Of a stretch of DNA of 64,000 bases, positions 1-11,690 are shown in pieces. The translations under genes and the position numbers were made by a program. Under the pieces are notes generated by a model. The model worked only from the letters and a program-made list of their open reading frames with translations. It ran no database searches and had not been told where the DNA came from. Numbering within the stretch: the stretch's first letter is position 1; each line of letters opens with the position of its first letter. Source of the stretch: Callorhinchus milii (lineage: Eukaryota); contig NW_024704742.1 in the NCBI RefSeq assembly GCF_018977255.1, positions 27,530,001 to 27,594,000 on the forward strand, read 5' to 3'.

Positions 1-322
1 TTTATTATCCTTTGAGTAAAGAAAAACGTCCTGGCATCTGTCCTGGAAATTGCCCTTCACAACTCTAAACCTATGGCATCTTGTTCTACTCTCTTGCTGA
101 ATCCTGAAGTGATGGAAACTTGCCCAATATTTCTCCCTGCCGATAATCAAACCCAGGTCTCTTGCTTGTGAGGCAAGTGCTCTAACCACTGAGCTGCAGG
201 ACTCCACATTAGAAATCATTGTCTGAGTTATCTTTCCTTGTAGAGTCTTGTGATAAAATGAGCAGGACAGATGGTACAACCTTTTTCTCCTTATCTTCGG
301 TCCCAAACCAGTTTATGACAAA

Positions 323-916
323 CTAGCTGTACCCGCTGCAGCTACGCTTGAAACCAAAAGATCCAATATGGAATGTAGATTGACACACAGACAAACGCAC
401 AGACAGACATTTCATCTTTATCTATACTCATCTGGGAGGACTCCTGTGGGAGGAATCCTTTTGGGAGGACTCAGTGGGAGGACTCGGTGCTTTAAAAATG
501 TAATTTTGCAGTTGTTACCATGGCTTAGCTTCGTCTGTGTTCTTTATTTTGTTCCCGCCGCTTGGCTACCTGCATACTGTGTAACGCACGATGCCACAGC
601 GCCACGGTCAACTGACGCAGCCACCAGATGTAACTGCAGTGTGTGCGTACATACATAGGGACAGTGTGATGCACGATGCCACAGCGCAACTTTGACTTGG
701 GTGTACCAGGTGTAACTGCAGCAGAAAACACAAAACTGAAAATAACTCATAAACGATAGGAAATACCTGAAAATAAAAATGCTCATGTCATTCCCAGATG
801 CAAGACCTTTCCGAAGAGGTATAAATCAGGTCTCTACGCGAATCGGTTATTTAGATCCTTCTTGAAGCCAGACAGACGTGGTGGTTTTATTGGTATAGAT
901 AGAAGATAGAAGAAGA
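323..916 (-). mobile_element. Non-autonomous Helitron-like element (possibly two nested or tandem remnants)
   Basis: The minus strand begins A|TCTTCTTCTATCTTCTATCTATACCAATAAAA...GTCTGTCTG and ends GCGTAGCTGCAGCGGGTACAGCTAG|T. This gives a 5'-TC, a 3'-CTAG and insertion between A and T, as in Helitrons. A second 5'-end-like block (TATAGATAAAGATGAAATGTCTGTCTGT) lies near 428. The interior is CpG-rich relative to its flanks. Confidence 0.55.
433..486 (+). repeat. Short minisatellite, TGGGAGGA(C/A)TC-like x4
   Basis: Four imperfect copies: tgggaggactc / tgggaggaatc / tgggaggactc / tgggaggactc. Confidence 0.7.
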
Positions 917-1243
917 TAATAACAACTCAACAACTGGTGTTTACATGGAACCCTTCACATAGGTTACGGTCTTGATGCACTTCACAGGGGTGGGTTTGGA
1001 TGGCATATACGGAGAGGAGAGGAGGCAAGGCGAAGTGGCCAAAGGCAGGTTCTAAGAGGTAGGATTTGACGTGGAGCATAAAGACAAAAAGAGAGCAAGT
1101 GAGATGGATGGAAGGTAATTCCTTTTGAAATGGAATTGGATATATACTCGCAAAGAAAAAAATTGTAAGGGAAAGAGTGGAGGTGTGAGACTAATTGAAT
1201 AGAGACACCACTGTTAATGGGATTTCTTGTGTTACTGTCTTAC

Positions 1244-1420
1244 TCCCGAAACCAAAATGATGCATTGAAATGTGAACTCGTGAGTGTGATGCTGAGGTCA
1301 GGGGCAGTCGCCTGCTCTCCAGAAACTGTACTGAAGTGATACAAGTACTTTACTACAGTAAGAGATGCTGTGTCTCGTCTGAACCACATGGTAAAGCCAG
1401 GGAAAGTCTCCTGTGTTTCA
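1244..1420 (-). CDS. Candidate internal exon (177 nt, phase 2-2) of an unidentified gene
   Basis: Acceptor tttgatttttgcag| and donor GGA|gtaaga. The only open frame reads ETQETFPGFTMWFRRDTASLTVVKYLYHFSTVSGEQATAPDLSITLTSSHFNASFWFR. No homolog recognised. Confidence 0.4.
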
Positions 1421-1559
1421 CTGCAAAAATCAAATAATTTTGAATCAAACAACGGGGTAAATATCCAATTTTCATAATAGATTACAGAATTATCAAATGT
1501 TTTCTCAGTCTGTCTTGAATTAAAAAAAAATCTGTGTACACCGAAAGACTTGAATCTTA

Positions 1560-1705
1560 TTCCCTCCAATAAATTTTAGGTCAGGGTATCAAGGGATACG
1601 GGGCAAGGGTGGGTAATTGGAGTTGAGGTACAGATCAGCCATGATCTTATAGAATGTCAGAACAGGCTCGAGGGGCTGAATGACCTACTCCTCTTTCTAT
1701 GTTTC
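1560..1705 (+). mobile_element. CR1-type LINE 3' tail fragment
   Basis: ggtatcaagggatacggggcaagggtgggtaattggagttgagg...cagatcagccatgatcttat...acaggctcgaggggctgaatgacctactcct, a CR1/HER1-like 3' end. A reverse copy is at ~12705-12835. Confidence 0.65.
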
Positions 1706-2009
1706 CCTCCACCACCATCAACCTCAGTATAAATGGCTGGGTTTAAAGTCCATTTTCAACTTTTCTCACTGTTATCTTTGATATTTTGCACCAATTTGTG
1801 AATCCAGAGCAGGCATCTAAGCTCTGCTACAGAATGCCATAAGTGTTTTAAAAGGAGATTGGTAGACATTTGTCAGTAAGGGTAAAGGATGTGACTAAAG
1901 ATAGGTAAATTGAGTGAAAATATATTTTGTGATGTAATAAAATGTTGGAATGGAGTACTCCTGTTCCTATGTGACCCAGCAGGTTGATTTTCAAACAGTA
2001 CTCTGACTG

Positions 2010-2140
2010 AACGCAAAATATTGCAGATGCTGGAAATCTGAAACAAAAACAGTCGCTGGGAACAATCAGCAGGTCAGGTCGCATCTATGGAGAAGGGAAA
2101 GTGAATCAATGTCTCGGGTCCACGACCCTTCGTCAGAACT
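2010..2140 (-). mobile_element. Penelope-like element terminal fragment with degenerate hammerhead core
   Basis: Minus strand reads TTCTGACGAAGGGTCGTGGACCCGAGAC...TCCATAGATGCGACCTGACCTGCTGA...TTCCAGCATCTGCAATATTTTG, resembling the PLE-derived repeat end common in sharks. Confidence 0.55.
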
Positions 2141-2859
2141 TCGTTGGTTGCCCTAAATCTGCCCTAAAACCTCATTTGAAAACTTTAGCAAAGTAGTTGT
2201 GATCATCCCCTCAAATGATATCTAAAAAATACCTGTGACTATATTTAGAACTCAGAATCACAATTAAAAGACATGACTAGTTTGTATATTTTTAACGATA
2301 GAATTTTTTTTTGCGATAAAGAGCTATATTTGAGGAACGCCAAAGTAAATCTATTCATTGCTTGAGAGGTGATATGAAATTCCTCAAGCAGAGGACACAG
2401 AATATCTTTCTGCATTTAAATACCAAGCAAAGCAATTAGTGACTGGACATGCAAATTGAAGAACTCACAGAAAAATAATCCTTTCTGAGTTCAAACCACA
2501 GCCTTTAGAAAGATCCTTCGCTCTGTGATACTCTGAGGGCAAGGGAACTGAACGCAGCTTTTAGCGCAACCTTCATTTTTGGGTGAAGAGACAAAAAATT
2601 AATCAGTTTCTGTGGGAACACCACCACAGAAGGTCATTAATTCTACCAATAAGACACTGCAATATAGGAGAATTGCAGGTGACCCTTTTGATATCAAATG
2701 TTCTACACTAATTAACAGTGCACAGCAAAAAAACTCAGTGTCTCAGACAATGAAAGAAAGGCAGTGATTAATGTCTTTTATAATTGTTTTACATAAAATA
2801 TTTTGAAGTACTGTTGCATATTAGATAAAACCATGGTCTAATTTGCAGTTGGAATAATG

Positions 2860-3135
2860 ATACAAGATCACAAGATTGGATCAGGTGAAGAAGTCCCTTC
2901 GGCTCATTTGATCTCATCTTTCCAAAACACCCACCTTACTGTCCTCTCAGCACAGCGATAAGCTGTTTTTTAAATGAATCCAGTGTCCTGGCATCAACAC
3001 CCTCTCTGGCAACTTGTTCCAGTTGTTATTTACCCTCTGGGTAAAAAAAACCCTACCTTCCTGGTGTCTGCCCTTTGCAACTCTAAACCTGTATCCTCTT
3101 CTATCGTTTTGGTATATCCTAAAGTATTATTCTGA
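2860..3135 (-). mobile_element. CR1-type LINE 3' fragment (family also at ~1-110, 19640-19850, 20060-20260, 41210-41550, 54530-54770, 63120-63330)
   Basis: Shared blocks ctggcaacttgttccag...taccctctgggtaaa...cctggtgtctg...tgccctttgcaactctaaacct recur at the listed positions. Confidence 0.6.
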
Positions 3136-4139
3136 TGCTGGCGGAATCCTATTATCCACAGCAACTCCTCTCTAGAAGTATTGGAGGGAGACAAAGTCCT
3201 CTAGGTTTGTTCTGTGTTACGTAACCCTGGTTTCTGGAAGGACTTTCAATTTGTGTGAATGTGGTTCCTGAATAAATGCTCCAAATTAGACTCCGTAGTT
3301 TTAACTGAATATGGGGGGAAACAACCTCTTGAGCGGCCTGAAGCACTGCTTGTTGAGAAAGAACTATCTGCTGTCAGTTTGTAAAATTTCAGAGTTGCAA
3401 ATGTTTGATTGCTTTGACAATATTTGGTCTAAATTTAGCTATTGCATTTGCAATTCTTGGCAGTTTTGTGTAATTAGCAGCTAGGTGAGTTTAAAAAATA
3501 TGACTTTTGTGATCTTTTTCGTCAAACTGGAATCCAAGATATGAGCTCAGTGTTTTCCTGAATAAAATTTGAGTTCTTCAAACCAAGGTTTCTAACCAGC
3601 TCATTTTTCGAGAGTTTGAATTATTATTTGATTATTATTTTGACTGTTCATGTTAATATTTGATTATTTTAAAATATGGCAATAATAATATTGTATTTGA
3701 CTTGTGATTATGTTATTATTGATTTAATTTTTTAAATATTGCTTGATATTTATAGCGCCTTGGGACGTCCTCCCAACGTGAAAGGCGCTATACAAATGCA
3801 ATCTTGTTGTTGTTGATTATTATTATAATTTGGATTATTTCCCCTGGATGGTCAGGAAAGAATATCGATGATCTTAACATGATGATTTTATAATAATAGA
3901 CAACATTAAATTTATAGGTTCCAATAAATAGTTAATATAAGTCTGTTCACTGTCCATACATTCCTGTAAATATTGATCCATCAGTGAATAGCAACTTAAA
4001 ATGGTTAGTTCGGACTTGGAACTCACAAAGTCTGAGCTGACCCTCCAATGCAGTGCTGCACTGTTGGAGGTGCCAGCCTGCAAAGTGAAACATCTTGGGC
4101 ACTTCAGCACATTTATCTGCTAAGTAAATTTGGATTTAC

Positions 4140-4332
4140 AATTGCGCACAGCAGTGTCCCACAAACAGTCGTGGATTGAAGTGACCAATTTATTATTGTT
4201 TCTTTTTTCTTGAGGGATTGTTATCAGACGTGGGGAGTAAGGAAACTTGCCCAAGGTTTTGCCCTGCCGGGAATCAATCCCAGGTCTCTCACTTGTGAGG
4301 CGAGTGCTGTAACCACTGAGCTACAGGACTCC
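4140..4332 (-). mobile_element. tRNA-derived SINE family A, 5' part
   Basis: Reverse complement of the head GGAGTCCTGTAGCTCAGTGGTTA..AGCACTCGCC..CAAGTGAGAGACCTGGG with Pol III A/B boxes. Confidence 0.85.
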
Positions 4333-7300
4333 ATCTGTAGCTCACATCTACATGCAACACTGAATACCATGATACTATGTCTGCCTTGTGTTAGCATTAC
4401 AGTTTCCATCTTGTGCCTGCATTGCTGCTGGAATGTTAGTGTTGTCAATAAAGAATGGTTTAGTTTCCTCCTTAGTATTACATAGATTTTCATAAAACAT
4501 TAGCAATGAAATAGATCCCCAAGGGATATAAAATGCTGTGTCCATAAGTAACTGTACTGGATCAACTTACAGTTTATGCCTGAAAATCTGCAACTTATTA
4601 TCCAAGAAACAGCTCCAAATTAAGACTCCATGAAGTGAATGACCAATTTTATTTGAGGAGATTGTTGGCTCCTAGACAAGGAGAATCTCCCGTAGCAGAA
4701 CAACAATGGCAGGAGCAAAATGTCATTGAACACACATCTTTTTAGATATCTTTTCAAAAGCCTGAACTGTAGGGGTTATATATGGACAATAGTGTTAAGT
4801 TCATGAATCATTTTCCATGATTACTTTCATTTTCCATGATTACTTTAGCCTACTTCCTACAATTATCATTTCGGTGGAAATTAGACACAGGTGGGATAAG
4901 TGATTTCCTTAAATTAATATCTCCCAAAGGCCTAATTTTTCACTTGCCAGGGTGAAAGTGGCATTAAGACAATACCGATGCATCTGTGCTAGTACGAACC
5001 CAATTGAATGTTTAATAGTGCTAAGAGAGCAGTTTTAAAAGGATGTTGTCAGCACTCTTGAGACTAGCATCTCCCATCGTGTAAATGCCTCTCTGGTCTG
5101 ATAGCGATTAGAATGTACAGTCTCGTAATCTATGCAATGTAATATAAATGAGTGATGAGCAACCACCCAATGTTTCACCCTTAGGCTTTCTAAGTAAAGA
5201 TTGTTTTCTGTGCCAGGTTAAATGAAACTTTTCCTACTGAAAGCTCAGCATGATTTTCTCCCATTGTTTATCGTTAATGATGAGATGAAAATACAAACCA
5301 TTCATAGAAGAACAGCAACAAAATCTATAAATAAATACAGTACATATACATATACAGTACATATATAATATAACCACTTAAGGCATTTTTTTTTGCCAGA
5401 TGAGTGTCTGACACATGCAGAAACCCATCAGCACGCTTAAGAGTATGCTTAAAACCAAACTGAGATTTCCAGGAGCTGAGTGGGATGACTCGCTGCCCCC
5501 CGTGACTGGTCTGCTCTTCCAGGTCCTGCCGATGAGCCAGACTGGCTGTGCTGTCATCAGCAGTGTGCAAAAATACACTGTCAGTAGTACACTTCACAGT
5601 AAAGTTTGTGAAGTGCTTTAAGACGTCTCGACAATGTGATGAGGCACTGTAACAACTGTGAGGATTATGGCTATAATCATGATACCAAGCTAAGCGCTGA
5701 AGTTGTAGAATTTGCCAACTTTTGAAACTGTAACATTTGTTACTTTGGAAATGCCATCCCTGAAGTGTTATTTGAGATGGCTCTCAGTAGGATAACATCT
5801 AAGTCAGATCAGCTCTGTGTACTTTGTTTGTTGTATTACACCAGATCCACTGGCCAGGATTTTGCGCTTTTGAAGACAATTCCAGCGTTTTTGACCAAAG
5901 TAGATAACAGGCCATGAATTCACAGTTTATGGAGGACAAATAAATTGAATCAATATTATTTGATTGAAAAAGTGCGTAAGTAGAGGGATAATTCTACACT
6001 CTAAGGATTAGTGATTGATTGAAAGCTTCTTCCATCAAGGACAATGGGAGTAATATTTTTCTGTTTTAGTATCAGAGTGTAATTATGTTTAGTTTCAAGA
6101 ATTCACAAAAAGTGAATATGCAGTTGCCACTCAAAACCATGACATAAAACACAAATTGTCTATTTTTTTTAAGAGCTATCGACCAACTTAAATAGCATCT
6201 CTGGGATGGTGTATTTCTCTAGTTCAAATAAATAAAGCTGCACATTGTGTACAAACTGTTTCTCGTGTTTTAAAATGTTAATGTGTACAAATGGAATTTC
6301 TTTCCGTTCCATTCATAGTAAACGGAGAGAGGGTGGAAAGTCCTCTCTGATCTCAATTGTTGTCTTTTGGCAATGTTTTGTATCTTCCATTTCCTCTCCT
6401 AAATTTGGTGATCGTGCTTTGGATACAGTTCAGCTTGTAGCCTTCTGATACTTCTCCCAAGTAACTATTCATCTGTTGGGGGGAGTGGAAATTACGGCCA
6501 GGAATCCTGTAGCATCTCACTGGCAGTATGTATTATGAAGAAGCTCAAAGAATGCTGGAATTGTGGAACCATGTCCATGCCCTATCCTCAGCACATGTTC
6601 ACAAAACATGCACTTTCCAGGAGAAGATCCCTGGTAAGAAATTAGGAGCAGGAACTTCGGTTATTCTTTCGTCTCTCATCCTCACCCGATCACGGAGAGT
6701 CTTCCTGCTCTGCTCTGTCTTATCTTTTCTGCTGCAGCTGCATTTTTGGAGTGCACTAATAATATTCATCGCACAAACAGAGATCAGAAATGTTATAGCA
6801 AATATAGAAAATGATCAAAACTTGTGCTTAAGGTCATTGTATAAAATAAGTCTGACATTCACGCTGTCTATTGCTTTGTGCTTTCCTGTATTGCTTTCCC
6901 GTATCTATCATGGTAAGGTTTCAAACGCAAAGAAATGGAACATCACCATGGTGATTGGAAGCTTTCCTAACACATTCAATTGCCTGTAAGGATGAACAGT
7001 GTTAAATTTGGACAGTTTGGTTCATTTCACAAAGGTCTATAGTTAGCCCATATGGAGCATTTTAACATTTCAATGTGTGTGCTCTTTTTGAACAAAAGTA
7101 GACTCTTCTTTAGAATTTCTCTTTCTATGTTCGTGCCAATTAATTCCTTCAAAATTAGGAATGATATTGATAGACATGGGACAACTATAGACAGAGTTGA
7201 TCAAGTTCTGCTTGCAAGAGGACCCATTGGGACCCATTCCTCCATGCCCTAAAAGCCCCTTTGAAACATACAGTATAAATATATCATAATAATGGTTCCA

Positions 7301-7416
7301 AATAGTTTTAAAATACCTCGTAGCATTCAGAGAACCATATCTACCGCAGTATCATTTGTCGATGATATTTCACAAAATGTATTGACAGTGCAATGTGCAT
7401 CTCACGGCTGTGTTCA

Positions 7417-7780
7417 AATAATAATAATAATACGTCCATTTGATATAGCACTTTATCACGTCTTTGAGATGTCTCAAAGCGCTTCACAGAATATATTGTA
7501 AAGGGATTTGACTGTATATTTTGTGGGAGAATCACAGCAGCCAATTACGCGCAGCAGTGTCCCACAAACAATCGTGGATTCAAGTGACCAATTTTTTTTT
7601 AAGGAATTATTACTCTCGGAAAAGTGATCTGCCAATCGACTGACAGCTGGGTTCCTACTTACTGCTAGGTAAACAGAGGTGTGGAGTAAGGAAACTTGCC
7701 CAACATTTTGCTCTGCCGGGAATTGAACCCAGGTCTCTCGCTTGCGATGCGAGTGCTCTAACCACTGAGCTACAGGACTC
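7417..7780 (-). mobile_element. tRNA-derived SINE family A, long form
   Basis: tRNA-like head, an extra ~60-nt segment (ctctgtttacctagcagtaagtaggaac...), a Deu-like 3' block and an L2-like tail ending (ATT)n. Confidence 0.9.
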
Positions 7781-8219
7781 TATGGTGACAGCAATAATAA
7801 TCCTTGCATTTGATATAGCACCTTTCGAATCAGAAGCACGTCTCAGTGCACTTCACAGGCTTTACTGTAATGTCTAGTGACTGCAATTTTGTAAATGAAT
7901 TAAGCATTTTTAAAGACATTGGATGTGTGCTAAACATAATGAAATTTGGGAATTAATCAGGTCTAATTTGTAACTGGAGTGACTAATTGCAACTTCTGTC
8001 AGTAACTGAGAGAGCGAGAGTTCCAACACCCTAACATCTGGTTCTTGGGATTCCAGTGGTCACTGTAACTTGCTTGCAGCTAATAGCAGTAGTCGTTGTT
8101 TGAGTCACCCCACGTTAGACTCCAAAATTAGTACCGGGGGATGAAGGATAAGTTAGTGCCCAGGTCCAAACCTTTATTCCAATTGCACAAGAGCAGCCTC
8201 TATTGTACCCGTGTAATAC

Positions 8220-8640
8220 CTTACCTTCAAAAGGACATTGAAGCATTGGAGAGTTTTCAGAAAGAATAGCAAAAGCAATGCAATTCTGGTGTTTTGTGTT
8301 TTCATTCTATATGTATGGGGGGAGAAAAAAAACAATTGAAGTATTTAAAATGCTGAGAGACATAGATAATGTGAAGGCAAAAATGCTATCATATTCAGTT
8401 ACTGAGCCCAGATATATTGGGCAAAGGTTTAAAACTAAAGCACCTCAAGATTCGAAGGAACTTTTGCTTCCCACCAAACTGTAGTGGGTACCTGGAACCA
8501 ATTCCCAGCAAAGTAACTGAGATTGACTCAATTAACTCATTCAGAAAGATATGTAAATATCTGGTTGGGAATATTGAAGTTTTATAGGATTCAGCTCTTA
8601 CAGCCTGTTCCACCATTCTATTAGATTATGGCTGATCTGT
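8220..8640 (+). mobile_element. Decayed CR1 ORF2 C-terminal/3' fragment
   Basis: Translates to PYLQKDIEALESFQ and IEVFKMLRDIDNV, resembling the CR1 ORF2 C-terminal motifs KDIxxLERVQRR and IEVYKIxxGxD. Confidence 0.65.
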
Positions 8641-9267
8641 ATGTCAATTTCAATTTATAGGGTTATATGTAGGTTGATGATTAATTACTACATGGAAGGG
8701 AACATAATACTGTAATACTGTAGTTCCTGTTCTATTCAGTGGGAAAATGTTGTCTGTGGGGACATGAAGCAAGATTAAATGAAAAAGATCTGCAAATGGA
8801 TGAATATTATCTTTTGTTTGATCATCTTTGAGGTTCATTGTTTTAAAAAAGTCACACACAGTCACTACACTTTGCAGTAAATCCTATGAAGCACTTTGAG
8901 ATCTCCTGTATCAATTATTACTTATGCGCACAGAGGAGATGAAATTTGTTGGCGGGGTCCATGATGGGTGTATTTGTGATACGCTTTCTGGAAATAAATT
9001 CTTACCAGCTGTATTTATTATAATAATAATAATCTTTATGCAAATAATAATGATGCAAAGTTCCACATTAACACCTAATCTGGAGTTTGCTCGCCAAGCC
9101 TCATGTGCCAGAAACCTGAGGTTGCATCAGGTAAAATAATTGCTAAATTTGCAGAAATATTTTGCATCAGTGAATGCTGCCAGAATTTCCAACCTGGGAT
9201 TGGCAGCTTGAAAGGACAGCTTGTGACAGCTCTGTAAAAGTCTCTGGTAGTCCTAGCAAATTTGTGT

Positions 9268-9687
9268 GTCAGCCTCTCACCTCTGAGTCGCAAGGTGGGG
9301 GTTCAAGCCCCACATTGGGACATGGAATCACAGTCTTAGTGACACTCCAGGGCAGTACTGGGGGGTGGGATTGGTGCATTGTTGGAGGTGCCGTCATTGA
9401 GATGAGACATTAAACAGAGGTCCCGTCTGTTTGTTCAGGTAGATGTTAAAGATCTCAAGGTACTATTCGAAAAGAGAAGGGAGTTTCTCCCGGTGTTCTG
9501 GCCAACAATCCCCCAAATAAAATTCACTCACTCCATGGCTGATTTGTGGGACATTGGTGTGCGCAACTGGCTGCCGCATTTTACCCACAAAATACACAGT
9601 CAATCCATTTTACAGTATATCCCGTGAAGCGCTTTGAGACATCTCAACAATATAAGGTGCTGTATCAAATGCAAGGATTATTATTAA
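9268..9687 (+). mobile_element. DeuSINE (SacSINE1/AmnSINE1-like), family B
   Basis: ctctgagtcgcaagg..ggttcaagcccc head, Deu-type core gtgccgtc..gatgagacattaaac.gaggtcccgtctg..ttaaagatc..tattcgaaaagagaagggagtttctcccggtgt.ctggccaac, and an L2-like tail. Confidence 0.85.
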
Positions 9688-10321
9688 GTTTCAATTTGCC
9701 CTTTTTGACAAACTTTACAAGTGAGATCACTTATTCTGTTTGCTCATCTGTTTATTTGATGGCTTTTATTTTTCCATTCTGTTGGAATCCTCTTGTAAGT
9801 TGCTTGCAAAGTGCAAATGGTCCTTTTCTGCCTAGATGTATTGCAACCGGAAGGACGGTCGAACAAGCAGGTCTACAGGTGTGGAAGGAGGGAGCAAAGA
9901 AAACGGATTTATATATTTATATGTATTAATAATAATCCTTGCATTTGGTATAGCGCTTTATAACGCCAATTGACTAACAACCAGGCTCCTACTTACTGCA
10001 AGGTAAACAGAGGCATGCGGAGTAAGGAGATTTGCCTAACATTTTGCTCTGCCCGGGAATCGAACCCAAGTTCTCTCGCTTGCGAGACGAGTGCTCTAAT
10101 ATTATTGTACATACAACTGACAATTTATAGCTGGTTATCTTATATGTCATTATCAGGGTTAGTGAACACAGGTAATGTATTTAATTGTGGAAATTGTTGT
10201 TTAATGCTTTGTAGAGTAGTTTACTGTTGATATTTTAGCAATACAGCTACCTTGTTATTTGACTACATTTAATCCTGGAATCATATTTTGCTACCTCAAA
10301 GTGAGTAAACTGAAAACTTGT

Positions 10322-10687
10322 GGAGTCCTGTAGCTTAGTGGTTAGAGCACTCGCCTCGCAAACGAGGGGACCTGGGTTCGATTCCCGGACAGCCAAAATT
10401 TGGGCAAGTTTCCTTACTCTCCATGCCTTTATTTACATAACAGGAACCCGGTTGTTGGTCGATTGGTGTATCGCTTTTCCAGTGGTAATAATTCCTTCAA
10501 AAACAAAATATAATAATTTGGTCACTTAATGTTTGTGAGACACTGCTGTGCGCAATTGGCTGCCGTGTTTTGCCCACAAAACATACAGTCAATTCACTTT
10601 ACAGTGTATTCTGTGAAACGTTTTGAGGCGTCTCGAAGAAGTGATAAGGCACTATATAAAATCCAAGGATTATCATTATAATTATTA
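10322..10687 (+). mobile_element. tRNA-derived SINE family A, long form
   Basis: ggagtcctgtagcttagtggttagagcactcgcc...gggttcgattccc head, through to the aaggattatcattata tail. Confidence 0.9.
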
Positions 10688-11295
10688 CACAACTGGCCAG
10701 TAGGGATGGCAGTTTCCATAGATCTCCAGTAGTTTATGGGTTAATGATACACCCTTTGTTTTAGATAAACCATTGAATGGTGTCTAGTATGCTTTACTGT
10801 CTCAATCTGGTGATTTACTTATGTTCAAAGACAACTGGTGAACATTGTTCTATGCAGGATGTGAGGTTAGATCAATATTCTGGAATTTTGGGTCACTTAG
10901 TTTTGGGGGCAGAGAAAAATGTTAGTGCTTTTCTGTGAGCAATTTTGATGCATTATTTGGAGTTGATGAATGTGCAAACCTATATGGTTTGTGGCAAGAT
11001 CAGGCTTGAAGGGGCAATGGCCTATTATGTTTTCTTATGATTTTTCTAAGCGTCTAATGTGACTAATATGCACAGTTGGCTGCCACAAAATACACAGTCA
11101 ATCCACTTTACAATATATTCCTCTGAAGTGCTCAGAGACATCTCAACGATGTGATCAGGTGCTATGTCAAATGCAAATATTATTATTATCTGTCTTACTT
11201 GATGGTTGCAATAGGTATCTCAATGGCATTGTCTGCAAGAAATATTTTATATATTATAATTTACAAGATCTAGTCTGGGTGTAAATGCTGCTTAC

Positions 11296-11690
11296 TGGTT
11301 TCCCAATGTAACACTCTCACCTCCGAGTCAGAAGGTTTTGGGTTCAAGCCCCTTGTTGGGACTTTAAGCTCATAATCTTGCCAATGTATTGCAGGGAAAA
11401 TACTGTGTTACCAAAGCTGTTGTCCTTTTGATTAGAATTTGAACTGAAGTCCTGTCTATCTATTCTGGTGGACGTTTAAGATCTCATTCTATTTGAAAAG
11501 AGAAGGAGTTTCTCAGGGTGTCTTGGCCAACATTACTCCAGATGGAATTGATTATTCGTGTCATGACTGTTGACGGGACATTTATATATGCAAATTGGCT
11601 GTCACATTCATATACAAATACACAGCCACTACACTTCACAAACATGTGAGACTTTCTTGGCAGTGTAGGTACTATCAAATGCAATGATTG
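11296..11690 (+). mobile_element. DeuSINE family B (diverged)
   Basis: cctccgagtcagaaggttttgggttcaagcccc head and gaaaagagaaggagtttctcagggtgtcttggccaac core. Confidence 0.75.

Noticed and set aside
4571..4625. Minus-strand exon candidate with gtaagt donor, in phase with the 1244-1420 exon
   Set aside because: Poor GAG acceptor lying in a SINE fragment, and the gctccaaatta.gactcc block recurs at ~3280, which suggests repeat origin.
4809..4846. Small tandem duplications (also 36515-36548, 39735-39810, 44701-44739)
   Set aside because: Ordinary slippage duplications with no sign of function.
6528..6989. Longest non-repeat plus-strand ORFs (6528-6989, 16226-16684, 57473-57964)
   Set aside because: No recognisable domains or convincing splice or Kozak context; the lengths are compatible with chance in 64 kb.
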